From a virus (Duplodnaviria > Caudoviricetes), in the IMG/VR virus record IMGVR_UViG_2900261899_000001, positions 1 to 64,000 of that record: a stretch of 64,000 nucleotides of DNA; one strand, given 5' to 3'. The stretch's first letter is position 1. Each line of letters starts with the position of its first letter. This document shows, in pieces, positions 46,580 through 56,468 of this stretch. A program made the translations under genes and the position numbers. Under the pieces are notes generated by a model that was not told where the DNA came from, did no database searches, and saw nothing but the letters and a program-made list of their open reading frames with translations.

Positions 46580-47062
46580 ATGGCGCCCCCGATCCTGACC
46601 TCATCCTCCACCGTCTGCCGCGGCCAGATCCAGGCCCGCGAATACGGCTCCGAAGCCGAGATGCGGTCCTCCTATGCCGCGATCCAGAAACGCATGATGG
46701 CGCCCTCGCCACCGCCTTGCCCTCGGCCGGCACCGCGTGCCCCATCCGGCGCGCCGGCATGCTCCTGGGATGCCCAGGTCGTCGCCACGCTCGGCGCCGA
46801 CCGGATCTACCGGGAGCCCCGGCGCATCATCGCCCGCATCGCCGAGGCGCACGGAGTGACCTCGGCCGACATCACCGGGCCGAGCCGTAAGACCCTCCAC
46901 TTCAAGGCCCGTCTCGCCGCGATCGCAGAGGTGCTCGACCTCAACCCGCGGCTGTCGATTCCGCAGCTCGGCAAGATCTTCGGGGGGCGGGACAGCACGA
47001 CGATCCGCAACGCCTTCCGGCACCTCGGACACGAGCCGCAGCCCGTGGGGGCCCGCCAGTGA
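46580..47062 (+). CDS. DnaA C-terminal HTH (domain IV-like) protein
   Basis: IAEAHGVTSADITGPSR...AR..AI...LSIPQLGKIFGGRDSTTI. Confidence 0.8.
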   Translation: MAPPILTSSSTVCRGQIQAREYGSEAEMRSSYAAIQKRMMAPSPPPCPRPAPRAPSGAPACSWDAQVVATLGADRIYREPRRIIARIAEAHGVTSADITGPSRKTLHFKARLAAIAEVLDLNPRLSIPQLGKIFGGRDSTTIRNAFRHLGHEPQPVGARQ

Positions 47063-47625
47063 ACCTCACGGTGCGCACTGCATTCCCCGCCTCGGCAATA
47101 CCGATGCCGCCGGGCCTCGACCGACCGTTCGCCGGCAAGACCGGGGTCATCGCCGACCGCCTCGTTGCGGCCGAGGGCAACGCCGTTCCGGCCGGCGTGC
47201 TGGCGGAGACGGCATTCGGTGCGGACAACCTCCGCTGCCGGCAGTCCCTGCGCGGGGCCGTCCAGACGCTCCGCAAGGCGTTGGCGCGCACCGGATCGGA
47301 CGACCGGATCATCGAGACCGGCCGGGGGCCGACGCTGACCTATGCGTGGGTGCGGTCGACGCCGAAACCCGAGATAGAACCCGTCGCACCACCCGCCGCC
47401 ATGCCGGTGCACGCCTCGAACCCGCGCGCGATCACCCTGGCGCCATGCGGCTACGCGGCGTGGTCGTATGTGCCTGGCACGAACATCCGCGGGCCGGTTC
47501 AGGTGATCCGCCGGCACGGCGAGGACGAGGAGCGCCGGCTGACGCAACTCGACATCGCGAACGGCCGGCCGACGACGGAGCACGCGCGGTTTGCGACCGA
47601 GGATGACGATGGGGGCGAGGCTTGA
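47059..47625 (+). CDS. Hypothetical protein with OmpR-like winged helix
   Basis: LRGAVQTLRKAL...IIETGRG. Coupled. Confidence 0.55.
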   Translation: MNLTVRTAFPASAIPMPPGLDRPFAGKTGVIADRLVAAEGNAVPAGVLAETAFGADNLRCRQSLRGAVQTLRKALARTGSDDRIIETGRGPTLTYAWVRSTPKPEIEPVAPPAAMPVHASNPRAITLAPCGYAAWSYVPGTNIRGPVQVIRRHGEDEERRLTQLDIANGRPTTEHARFATEDDDGGEA

Positions 47626-48113
47626 GCGCGCCCGAGATCATCGATCGGCGGCTCGACCGGCCTAAGGACGTGAAGGCTTTCCGGCGCTGGCTCGCCCGGA
47701 ACGGTGCCGAGATGCTCGACCCAACGAACGCGTACGAGGTGGTTCGATTCCGGGGCACGGCGGGGCTGTCGATCGTCTACGCGAATGGCAGCGGACGGTC
47801 CCACGCGCTGACCGGTCAGGCCGAGGACGCTTGGACGGCCTTCTGCGACGGGCGGTCGCTCGACCTCGCGCCGCAGGCGGCCTGGATCGACGATCCCGAT
47901 CAGCGTCCCGCTGCGATGTCAGATGCGGACCTGATCGAACAGGCCGGTCGCATGCCCATCACCATCGCGTTCCTGATGGAGCACGACGCCTTGCCGATGC
48001 GGGAGGCGTCCCAGCGCCTCTTCGGACTCGAACGTAGCGGCCGACTGGTTCGCTCCGGCGGCCGGCCCGGCACGGCCCTGACGTGGAACGTCGCTGCCGA
48101 GGTGCGGGCATGA
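47622..48113 (+). CDS. Hypothetical protein
   Basis: FRRWLARNGAEMLDPTNAYEVVRF. Confidence 0.6.
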   Translation: MSAPEIIDRRLDRPKDVKAFRRWLARNGAEMLDPTNAYEVVRFRGTAGLSIVYANGSGRSHALTGQAEDAWTAFCDGRSLDLAPQAAWIDDPDQRPAAMSDADLIEQAGRMPITIAFLMEHDALPMREASQRLFGLERSGRLVRSGGRPGTALTWNVAAEVRA

Positions 48114-48586
48114 TCCGCCACGAGGACGTCATTACTCGCGAGATGGTTAGATCTGAGCCAAATACCTTGTTCGTATTTGGCGATAACCTGCAGCGTCGTG
48201 GGCGAGGCGGTCAAGCTAAAGAGATGCGCGGCGAACCGAACGCCGTTGGCATCCCTACGAAGCGATGGCCGAGCCGAAACATCAACGCATACTTCTCCGA
48301 TGCGGATTTTGCAGAGGTGAAGGCCGCAGCATCGCCTGATCTCCAAAGATTGGCCGATCATCTGCGCGCGGGCGGCACCATCGTCTGGCCTTATGCCGGC
48401 ATCGGCACCGGTCGGGCCGAACTCAAGGAGCGAGCGCCCCACGTCTGGTTTTGGCTGTTCCGCGCCAAGCATCGCCTTCTGCAGATCGTAGCGGAGCGCG
48501 AGGGCCATGCAGTTTGCTCGCTCGAATCCGCCCTTGGGGCCGAGGATTACGCGCGGTTCGTAGCGATGGGGGCCGGTCATGCCTGA
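48110..48586 (+). CDS. Conserved phage protein (FVFGDN...G.GGQA...R...NA.GIPTK type)
   Basis: Recognisable motif string plus GIGTGRAEL. Confidence 0.65.
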   Translation: MIRHEDVITREMVRSEPNTLFVFGDNLQRRGRGGQAKEMRGEPNAVGIPTKRWPSRNINAYFSDADFAEVKAAASPDLQRLADHLRAGGTIVWPYAGIGTGRAELKERAPHVWFWLFRAKHRLLQIVAEREGHAVCSLESALGAEDYARFVAMGAGHA

Positions 48587-48610
48587 TACGCTTGACCGAG
48601 GTGCACCGGT

Positions 48611-49141
48611 ATGACGGCACCCATCTGCCCGACCTGTGCGACAGCGGCCGTCCTGACCACCGGCGCCGCTGTCTACCCGAACCGTCCCGATCTGGCCGCG
48701 AAGCCGATCTGGCGATGCGAGGGCTGCGGCGCCTATGTTGCCTGCCATCCCGACACGACCGTTCCGCTCGGCACGCCGGCCGATGCCGCGACACGCGCGG
48801 CTCGGATGAACCTGCACCAGAAGCGTCTCGATCCACTGTGGAAGGAGGCTTGGCGCGAGCCGGCCTATGCCAAGAACGGCTGCGGGCCGAAGACGCGCCG
48901 GAGCATCCAGAAGGCCGCCCGCGAGCGTGTCTATGCCTACCTCGCGGGCCGGATGCGGCTGACGCCGGCCGAGTGCCACACCGGCCTGTTCACACGCGAG
49001 CAGTGCCGCGTCGCCTGGGGCGTCCTGTCGGCAACCTCCTACGCGGAGATCCGCACCTGGGCTCGGGCCCTGAACCCGAAGCCGCGCCGCGAGCGCAAAG
49101 CCCCCTCCCCTTCTTCCGACATCCAGCGGATTGCCCGGTGA
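48611..49141 (+). CDS. DUF3268-family zinc-finger protein
   Basis: CPTC...YP.RPDL...W.C..CGAYVACH...PLGT.A...R...H...DPLW...CH.G.F...C. Confidence 0.8.
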   Translation: MTAPICPTCATAAVLTTGAAVYPNRPDLAAKPIWRCEGCGAYVACHPDTTVPLGTPADAATRAARMNLHQKRLDPLWKEAWREPAYAKNGCGPKTRRSIQKAARERVYAYLAGRMRLTPAECHTGLFTREQCRVAWGVLSATSYAEIRTWARALNPKPRRERKAPSPSSDIQRIAR

Positions 49142-51243
49142 TCCAGACCCCTATCATCGATTCCCTCGCTGGGCCCGGCGGGCGCCGCGCAGCGCCCAGA
49201 CGCAAGCTCCTCGTCGCCGACCTCCTCTGCGGAGCCGGCGGATCCTCAACCGGCTGCCAGCGTGCGCTGGCCGAGCTCGGGCTCGAAATGGACCTCGTCG
49301 CGGTCAATCACTGGCCGACCGCCATCGCGACGCACGAGAAGAACCACCCGACCGCCCGGCACTACGTCCAGGACATCGCGACGGTGCGCCCGCACTTGCT
49401 GGTGCCGGAGGGCTACCTCGACCTGCTGATGGCCTCGCCAACCTGCACGCACCATTCGGTGGCGCGCGGCGGCAAGCCGACCTCGGACCAGCAGCGTAGC
49501 GATCCCTGGCACATCATCACCTGGCTCACCGAGCTGCGGGTGAAGCGCCTCATCATCGAGAACGTGTGGGAGTTCGTCGGCTGGGGCCCGATCGACCACC
49601 GCACCGGCAAGCCCGTCGCCTCGCGCAAGGGCGAATACTTCCGCGCCTGGATCGACACAATCAAGCGGCTTGGCTTCCAGCCAGAGTGGCGCAAGCTCAA
49701 CGCGGCCGACTTCGGCGACGCCACGACGCGATCGCGCTTCATCCTGATGGCGCGCTCGGACCGCAAGCGACTGGTCTGGCCGGTCGCGACGCACCGCCGC
49801 CGTGACGGCACCATCGACCTGTTCTCAGGCGCGAAGCCGTGGCGCCCGGCCCGCGAGATCATCGACTGGTCGATCACCGGCCGATCGATCTTCGATCGGA
49901 AGAAGGCCCTAGCCCCGAAGACGCTCGCACGCATCTACGCTGGCGCCGTGAAGTTCCGCTGGCCGGAGCCGTTCTTGGTAATCCTGCGCAATCACATGGC
50001 GGCGCAGGGCATGGATGGGCCGCTGCCGGCGATCACCGCTGGCGGGACGCATATCGGCCTCGCGCAGCCGATGCTGATCAAGCAGAACTTCCGGCGTGAC
50101 GTGCAGGGCGTGGATGAGCCGGCACCAACGGTCATGACGCAGGCGCGGATAGGTGTCGCCGAGCCCGTCATCGTGAATATGAAGGGGCAGTCGCTGGCGG
50201 ATGGCGTTGGCCTACCGCTCCCGACGCAGACGGCTCATGCCGCGCATATCTACCTCGCAGAGCCGTTCGTGATGGCCCCGGGAAGCACCGGCGCGCCGCG
50301 CGCTACCGAGTCCCCCCTTCCAACGATCACCACCGGGGGTGCTGAGTCCGAAGACCCGGGGTGCGCACGGCCCATGCCGGTCGAGCCGTTCGTCGTCTCG
50401 GCCGCCCACGGCGTCGATGCGTCCGAGGCGGACCCGCACAGCCGTCGCACGAAGAGCGTCGACGAGCCGATTGGCACCGTGCACGCCGGCGGGGGCAACT
50501 TCGGTGTCGTCGAACCCTTCGTTTTCTCGCGCCACGCCGAGGGCGCGCCGCGATCGATCGACGAACCGACGCCGACCCAGGTCGCCAAGCACTCGCACGT
50601 CCTGATCTCGCCCTATTACGGCTCCGGCTCGGGCGAGACCTGCACCGAGGCAGAAGTTCCGCTGCCGACAGTTACTTCAAAGGGCCGGTTCGGCATGGTC
50701 GTGCCGGTGACCCAGTCGAACGGTGGCGCGCTCGCGAGAGACGTCGCCGAGCCGGTGCCGACGATGACTACGGCCAAGGGCGGCGAATTCGCTGTCGTCA
50801 TGCCCATCACACATCACGACAGCAGCTACCGTGTACGCGACGCCGCGATCGACCCTTTGCCGACGGTCACCGGCGCGAACCGGGGCGAGCTCGCCTTCAT
50901 CGCCGCGCATTTCGGCGAGCGCGATGGTCAGGCGCCGCGCACCCACGACATCGAGGAGCCTGCGCCGACACTCTGCGCCACTGGCCGCGTGAACCTCGTC
51001 CGGGGCACCGACCGCTACGACATCCTCTTCCGGATGCTGGAGCCGCACGAACTGGCGGCTGCCATGGGCTTCAACGAGGGCGAGGCCCGCTACGAGTTCA
51101 CCGGGACGAAGACGGAGCAGATCAAGCAGATCGGAAACGCTGTCTCGGTCGCGAAGATGAAGGCCTGCGTCAGCGCCATCATGGCCGACGCGGCCCCAGT
51201 CCGGCGCGACGATGCGCCCGTCATTCTGATCGCGGCTGAGTAA
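49138..51243 (+). CDS. C5-cytosine DNA methyltransferase with long repetitive insert
   Basis: DLLCGAGG, SPTC, IENVWEF, LNAADFG..T.R.R and C-terminal KQIGNAV. GTG start coupled at 49138. Confidence 0.9.
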   Translation: MIQTPIIDSLAGPGGRRAAPRRKLLVADLLCGAGGSSTGCQRALAELGLEMDLVAVNHWPTAIATHEKNHPTARHYVQDIATVRPHLLVPEGYLDLLMASPTCTHHSVARGGKPTSDQQRSDPWHIITWLTELRVKRLIIENVWEFVGWGPIDHRTGKPVASRKGEYFRAWIDTIKRLGFQPEWRKLNAADFGDATTRSRFILMARSDRKRLVWPVATHRRRDGTIDLFSGAKPWRPAREIIDWSITGRSIFDRKKALAPKTLARIYAGAVKFRWPEPFLVILRNHMAAQGMDGPLPAITAGGTHIGLAQPMLIKQNFRRDVQGVDEPAPTVMTQARIGVAEPVIVNMKGQSLADGVGLPLPTQTAHAAHIYLAEPFVMAPGSTGAPRATESPLPTITTGGAESEDPGCARPMPVEPFVVSAAHGVDASEADPHSRRTKSVDEPIGTVHAGGGNFGVVEPFVFSRHAEGAPRSIDEPTPTQVAKHSHVLISPYYGSGSGETCTEAEVPLPTVTSKGRFGMVVPVTQSNGGALARDVAEPVPTMTTAKGGEFAVVMPITHHDSSYRVRDAAIDPLPTVTGANRGELAFIAAHFGERDGQAPRTHDIEEPAPTLCATGRVNLVRGTDRYDILFRMLEPHELAAAMGFNEGEARYEFTGTKTEQIKQIGNAVSVAKMKACVSAIMADAAPVRRDDAPVILIAAE

Positions 51244-51247
51244 GGCG

Positions 51248-52138
51248 ATGTCCGACTTCACGCGCGGATCTTGGGCCGGTGGGCTCGCGGAATGGATCGA
51301 TGGCGACACCGTCTTCCTGTCGGTCGCCTTCACATGGAAGCTCGATGACGCCTACCAGCGGGCGATCTTCTGGAAGGCGCAAGGCTACAGGGTTCGCGCG
51401 GGCGGACCGGGGATCTTCACGCGCAAGCACTACCTCGCCGACGTCGCCGAGATCGGCGGAAGCGCCCCTGATGCCGTGATCCGTCACAACCCGATGGCGA
51501 CGGTCGCCAGCCGGGGTTGCTCGGTCGGCTGCTGGTTCTGCATCGTCCCAAAGATGGAGGGGCGCACCTACACCGAACTCCCGGATTTTCCGGTGCGGCC
51601 GGTGCTCTGCGACAACAATCTCTCCGACCTGTCACGCGAGTACCAGGAGCACATCGTGTCCCGGTACCGCGCAACGGGCGTGCCTCTCCTCGATGCGAAC
51701 AGCGGTTTCGAGCCGCGCACCTTCGACGACGAGGTCTACCGGCGCTGGCAGCCGATCCTGCGCGGCCCATGGCGGTTCGGCTTCGATGAGGCGACCGAGG
51801 GTGCCGATGTCGAGCGGGCTTTCCGTCTGCTGAGAGATGTCTCGTCGCGTCGGAAGCAAGTCTACACGATGATCGGCCATGAGCCGTTTGCCGTGTGCAT
51901 GGAGCGGATCCGGCGCGTGATCGCATGGGGCGGGGAGCCGTACGCCCAGCCGTTCATGAAGCTCAACGCGCTCGAGAAGCGTCCGCACGTCCGGCACGAC
52001 TGGACACCGCGCCTGCTGAGCGACGTGGCCCGCTGGGTGAACCGACGCGGGTGGAAGTCCGGCGACTTCGACACGTACCGTCGCTCCGCTCGCAATCGGC
52101 ACCCGGCCCAGGCCGACCAATTGGAGCTCGCCGCCTGA
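51248..52138 (+). CDS. Radical SAM protein
   Basis: SRGCSVGCWFC (CxxxCxxC), VPKMEG and LCDNN. Confidence 0.8.
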   Translation: MSDFTRGSWAGGLAEWIDGDTVFLSVAFTWKLDDAYQRAIFWKAQGYRVRAGGPGIFTRKHYLADVAEIGGSAPDAVIRHNPMATVASRGCSVGCWFCIVPKMEGRTYTELPDFPVRPVLCDNNLSDLSREYQEHIVSRYRATGVPLLDANSGFEPRTFDDEVYRRWQPILRGPWRFGFDEATEGADVERAFRLLRDVSSRRKQVYTMIGHEPFAVCMERIRRVIAWGGEPYAQPFMKLNALEKRPHVRHDWTPRLLSDVARWVNRRGWKSGDFDTYRRSARNRHPAQADQLELAA

Positions 52139-52869
52139 TGACCGACCGACCCATGATCTTCTCCGCACCGATGGTGCGCGCTTTGCTCGAAGGGCGGAAG
52201 TCGCAGACGCGGCGGCTGCTGAAGGGTGGCGTGCCCGAGGCGCCGGGGATGGGCGTCCACCCGAGCCACGTTGCCAATCGCCCGGCACCGTACCTCGACG
52301 CCTATTGCAGCGAGCGCAAGTCCGTCGCGAACCCGCGGGGCATGTCGACCCTATGGTGCTGGTGGACGCGCGACGACCGGATGGGGCGGGACTTCCGGGT
52401 GGCCTACAAGCCGGGCGACCGGCTCTGGGTCCGCGAGAACTGCCGGGCTGAAGAATTGCCGGAAGGCCAAGACGGTGTCCGGTTTCGGGCTGACGACACC
52501 TTCGTCAACATCGCAGCGAACCGTGACGCGGCCGACGCCTGGCTCGCGCTCTTCTACTATCGCGGGCGAGGCAAAGCCGGGATCGGTAATCCGGTCCCTT
52601 CAATCCACATGCCGCGCTGGGCCTCGCGCCTCACGCTTCTCGTCACCGACGTGAAGGTCGAGCGGCTTCAGGACATCAGCGAGGCGGACGCCCAAGCCGA
52701 GGGCGCGGTGGGCATGCCGACCTGGGGTAGCCACCGCAACGGCTTCAACGCGATCTGGCTCGACATCCACGGTGCCGAATCCTGGAACGCGAACCCATGG
52801 ATCGTGGGCGTTTCGTTCGAAGTGGTCCGCGCGAACATCGATGCGCTTCCGGCAGCGAGGGCGGCATGA
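52138..52869 (+). CDS. ASCH/PUA-like phage protein
   Basis: PMIFSAPMVRALLEGRKSQTRR, PGDRLWVRE, PSIHMPRWASR, VERLQDISEADAQAEG and WNANPW. Confidence 0.8.
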   Translation: MTDRPMIFSAPMVRALLEGRKSQTRRLLKGGVPEAPGMGVHPSHVANRPAPYLDAYCSERKSVANPRGMSTLWCWWTRDDRMGRDFRVAYKPGDRLWVRENCRAEELPEGQDGVRFRADDTFVNIAANRDAADAWLALFYYRGRGKAGIGNPVPSIHMPRWASRLTLLVTDVKVERLQDISEADAQAEGAVGMPTWGSHRNGFNAIWLDIHGAESWNANPWIVGVSFEVVRANIDALPAARAA

Positions 52870-53354
52870 CGCGCTGCTACGCCGCCGACACGTCAGTCCC
52901 GATGGACCGCAGCATTTCGGAGATCCGCACGACGGTGCGCCGCTACGGGGCGACTGAGTTCGCGCACATGGAGAGCGACGACCAGGCTGCGATCACCTTC
53001 ACGATGAAGGGCCGGCGCATACTATTCCGGCTGGCCATGCCGGACCGCAAGAGCCGCGAGTTCACGCACACCGAGGCAAAGCGCCAGGCGCGCAGTGCCA
53101 CGGCCGCCGAGGCCGCCTGGGAGCAAGCCTGCCGATCTCGGTGGCGGGCTCTCGCGCTCGTCATCAAAGCAAAGCTGGAGGCGGTCGAAGTCGGAATCGT
53201 GGTGTTTGAAGATGAGTTTTTAGCGAACACTGTCCCCCCAGGGGCCTCGGTCACCTTCGGCGAAACCGTGCGCGAGAGCATGCGGATCGCCCACGAGACC
53301 CGCGAACTGACGCCGCTCCTCCCGCACATCAGAGGGGGGGACCCTCGTGGTTGA
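52866..53354 (+). CDS. Conserved phage protein
   Basis: YAADTSV..DRS..EI...RYGA and WRALALVIKAKLEAVE.GI..FE.EFLA. Confidence 0.7.
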   Translation: MTRCYAADTSVPMDRSISEIRTTVRRYGATEFAHMESDDQAAITFTMKGRRILFRLAMPDRKSREFTHTEAKRQARSATAAEAAWEQACRSRWRALALVIKAKLEAVEVGIVVFEDEFLANTVPPGASVTFGETVRESMRIAHETRELTPLLPHIRGGDPRG

Positions 53355-53925
53355 CTTAAAAGGCAACACGACCGCCCGTCCTGTGATCCAAGGATCCGCG
53401 GAATTCTCCGACTGCGGCTTCTACCGTCATCGGCTCGACCGGTGGTGGGGCGAGGCCCCGCGCGCCCTTGTGATCGGCGCGAACCCGAGCCGCGCCGGCG
53501 CCGACGATAACGACCCGACGATCTGCCGGCTGATCGCGCTGCTGTCCTGGCGGACCGACATCGGCGGGTTCACGATGATGAACGCCGACGACTTCATCGC
53601 GACCGACCCGGCCGATCATGTCCGCTGGCGCGACGGCCTCGACATCACGGCGCTGAAGTTCGTGCGGGGGCAGAACCTGCAGCGCATCCGCGATGTGTCG
53701 ACCACGGCGGCCGTTCGCATCGTTGCCTTCGGCAACCTGCTGACGCCCGGTCTCCACCGCGACCGCGTACTGGCCGCCCTCAGTCTCGACGGCCGACACC
53801 CCCTGTTCGCCTTCGGTCTGACCGACAGTGGGGCACCGAAGCATCCGCTGGCGCGCGGTCACCACCGGATCCCGAACGACGCGCCGCTGATCGAATGGCG
53901 GCCGGCCTTGAGGAGCGCGGCATGA
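53347..53925 (+). CDS. DUF1643-family protein
   Basis: AEFSDCGFYRHRLDRWW, GANPS.A...NDPTI and T.SGAPKHPL. Confidence 0.85.
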   Translation: MVDLKGNTTARPVIQGSAEFSDCGFYRHRLDRWWGEAPRALVIGANPSRAGADDNDPTICRLIALLSWRTDIGGFTMMNADDFIATDPADHVRWRDGLDITALKFVRGQNLQRIRDVSTTAAVRIVAFGNLLTPGLHRDRVLAALSLDGRHPLFAFGLTDSGAPKHPLARGHHRIPNDAPLIEWRPALRSAA

Positions 53926-54203
53926 GCGAGACCCCTGCCCTCACCCGCGTGTTCCTCACGCTGCCCGACGTTCTCGAAACCGGCATCGTCGAGATCGAGG
54001 TGGAGATCGTCAGCGCCGAGGTGATCCGTCGGAGCGACGGCTTCTTGCTCGGCGGCTTCGGCGTCACCTGGCATCGCCATCGGGCCAGCGCCTGGCGTCG
54101 TGCTGGCGAGATCCGGCGCGCGCGCGTCGAAAGCCTCCTGACCGAGATCGATCGCGTCAACGCCCTCGACTTCGGGGCCAGCAGCGGAGGCTTCCGTGGC
54201 TGA
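53922..54203 (+). CDS. Hypothetical protein
   Basis: GAGGAG RBS and ATGA coupling. Confidence 0.55.
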   Translation: MSETPALTRVFLTLPDVLETGIVEIEVEIVSAEVIRRSDGFLLGGFGVTWHRHRASAWRRAGEIRRARVESLLTEIDRVNALDFGASSGGFRG

Positions 54204-54242
54204 AGTGCGCCCTGCCCTGCCTTGTCACCCGGAGCACCTTCG

Positions 54243-54548
54243 ATGACGGCCCCGTCGCTGATCACCGCTGCCCGCAACGCGCCTGACGCCCGTGACCGCA
54301 TCCTCGAAATGGCGGTCCTGATGCAGGAGCACCGTTTCGGCCCCGAGGGCGGCTGCACCGACCATCACCTCGAGGTCGCCGGGTTCACGCGAGCCGAAAT
54401 CGAGGTCTACGCGAACTCCGCCCGCGCGGTGCTGGCGCGCCGGCCGTCTGAGTTGCGCACCACGCGGCCCGGCCGCGTCACGGGACGCACGCTGGCAAAG
54501 CGCGCCGAAGCGATCCGGGCTCGGATCAAGGGAGGCGGCCGTGGCTGA
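54243..54548 (+). CDS. Hypothetical protein
   Basis: GGAG RBS. Confidence 0.5.
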   Translation: MTAPSLITAARNAPDARDRILEMAVLMQEHRFGPEGGCTDHHLEVAGFTRAEIEVYANSARAVLARRPSELRTTRPGRVTGRTLAKRAEAIRARIKGGGRG

Positions 54549-55521
54549 GACTACAGGCATCTCGTGGTGCGACCGGACGTGGTCGCCTTGGATCGGTTGC
54601 ACCAAGATCAGCCCGGCGTGCGACGGCTGCTATGCCGCGCACCTGATGGACACCCGGATGGGTCGCGTCGAGTGGGGCCCGCATGGTGTCCGGCAGCGGA
54701 CCAGCGAGACCTACTGGCGCAACCTTGGAAAGTGGGATCGGGAGGCGAAGGCTGCCGGCAGGATCATCACCGTGTTCCCGTCGCTCTGCGACCCATGGGA
54801 CAACGCGGCCGACCCAGGTATCCGGCGCGAGTGGTTCGCCGTCATGCGCGAGACGCCGAGCCTGATGCACCTGCTGCTTTCGAAGCGACCGCAGAACGCG
54901 GTCGCCATGGCGCGGGCTGCCGGCGGATTGCCGAAGAACGCAGCGCTTGGCGCGACTTGTGAAAATCAGGAGGTAGCGAACCGGAACGTACGCCACCTGC
55001 TCGACGCCGCACGCGAACTCTACCCGGCCTTCACCTTCGTCTCGGCCGAGCCGCTGCTCGGGCCGATTGACTTCACCCGGATCGACTACGGCACCATTCG
55101 CGGCCACACGGTCATTCGCGATGCCCTGAAGGCATCCGACATCGAACGTATCGATTGGGTAATCACGGGTGGAGAAACGGGTCAGGGCCAGCACAAAGCT
55201 AGACCGTCCCATCCGGATTGGTTTCGATTGATCCAGGAACAGTGCACTGCCGCTGGCGTCCCCTACCACCATAAGCAGAACGGCGAATGGTCCACCACGC
55301 ATCCGAATTGGCCGCGCGCCCACCCGACCGTCATGGCGAACGACGGTACGCTCTACCGGCCCGAGGACCTCGCCTACCCTGACGGTCCTCGATACGGCGA
55401 GGCCATTCGCGCGAACCACGACAAGGCGCACCTGACCAACATCTACCGCGTCGGCAAGAAGCTCTCTGGCCGGCTCTTGGACGGCGTCGAGTACAACGGC
55501 ATGCCGGAGTTACGGCCATGA
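54541..55521 (+). CDS. DUF5131 (phage Gp37/Gp68) radical-SAM-like protein
   Basis: TGISWCD.TWSPWIGCTKISPACDGCYA, LLSKRP, FVSAEPLLG, DWVITGGE and KQNGE. Confidence 0.9.
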   Translation: MAETTGISWCDRTWSPWIGCTKISPACDGCYAAHLMDTRMGRVEWGPHGVRQRTSETYWRNLGKWDREAKAAGRIITVFPSLCDPWDNAADPGIRREWFAVMRETPSLMHLLLSKRPQNAVAMARAAGGLPKNAALGATCENQEVANRNVRHLLDAARELYPAFTFVSAEPLLGPIDFTRIDYGTIRGHTVIRDALKASDIERIDWVITGGETGQGQHKARPSHPDWFRLIQEQCTAAGVPYHHKQNGEWSTTHPNWPRAHPTVMANDGTLYRPEDLAYPDGPRYGEAIRANHDKAHLTNIYRVGKKLSGRLLDGVEYNGMPELRP

Positions 55522-55910
55522 ACATTACGGTCCCCTGCCCTCGCTGCTCCGGCACCGGGTACGACACGTTCGAGGACCGGCACGCTGAGACCAATCACGA
55601 CGTCTGCAAGGCGTGCGGCGGCGAGGGCGTGATCCCGGCACGGACAGGCGAGACGCGGGAGGCGTCAGCCGTGCCGGAGGGTGGGCTAGCGCCCTCGCGA
55701 CGGGATTGTGTGCTCGCGATCGCCGACGGCGAGGTGATCGGCGCGGGGCCAGTCAACGAAGCCGGCTCCTGGTTCGCCCAGGAGCCCGCGGTGACGGAGG
55801 TCGTGCGCATGCCCGCCGAGGCTGCCGGCCGATTCCTATTCCGAGCATGGCCCGGCCGAGCGGCTGCGCTGAACATCCTCGGCGAGACTGGCTCCGCCGT
55901 GGCGCTGTAG
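55518..55910 (+). CDS. Zinc-finger protein (DnaJ-type CxxCxGxG repeats)
   Basis: CPRCSGTG and CKACGGEG. Confidence 0.6.
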   Translation: MNITVPCPRCSGTGYDTFEDRHAETNHDVCKACGGEGVIPARTGETREASAVPEGGLAPSRRDCVLAIADGEVIGAGPVNEAGSWFAQEPAVTEVVRMPAEAAGRFLFRAWPGRAAALNILGETGSAVAL

Positions 55911-55919
55911 GATCATCGA

Positions 55920-56468
55920 ATGGCGAAGATCATCGAACTGAAGCAATTCCGCCGCGGTAGCGTCCGGTGCCCGGCGATCGGGCTCGTGTTCCCGCAATTG
56001 TACCGCCGGCGTGGGGTGAACTGGACCTATCCGCCCGGCAAGGACGATAGCAATTTCGAAGAGCTCATTCCGGGCATTCATCCTGATATCAATTACACCC
56101 TGACCACCGAGGATGATGGCACCGTCGCCAATCCCGAGTGGGATCCCATCGAGCATCCCTCGCCCGAGTACGAGACCGGGTGGATCATCGTCCGGCATCA
56201 CCAATCCCATGCCCACGTCGAAGGCTATCTGGATGGGTATGGCGACATGGTCGCCACGGACCGTCTCGGCAGAATGGTGTTCGAGACATCGACTGGTCTT
56301 TTCACGGTTCTGCAGCGTGATCCTCTCCCGGGACAACCGCAACCGCTCATCGCGTACGCGACGAAGGTCCCCCATCCGATGGTCGGGGAAGATCACTGGT
56401 ACAAGGTGCTCGGCATCGATGGCGTCGAGCATGAGTCGAGCGTGCTCTTGCCGGACATCATGTTCTGA
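55920..56468 (+). CDS. Hypothetical protein
   Basis: AGGA RBS. Globular composition. Confidence 0.65.
   Translation: MAKIIELKQFRRGSVRCPAIGLVFPQLYRRRGVNWTYPPGKDDSNFEELIPGIHPDINYTLTTEDDGTVANPEWDPIEHPSPEYETGWIIVRHHQSHAHVEGYLDGYGDMVATDRLGRMVFETSTGLFTVLQRDPLPGQPQPLIAYATKVPHPMVGEDHWYKVLGIDGVEHESSVLLPDIMF

Noticed and set aside
48451-49137. N-terminal extension making the C5-MTase 930 aa
   Set aside because: It overlaps the genuine DUF3268 gene in another frame. The coupled GTG at 49138 is the better start.
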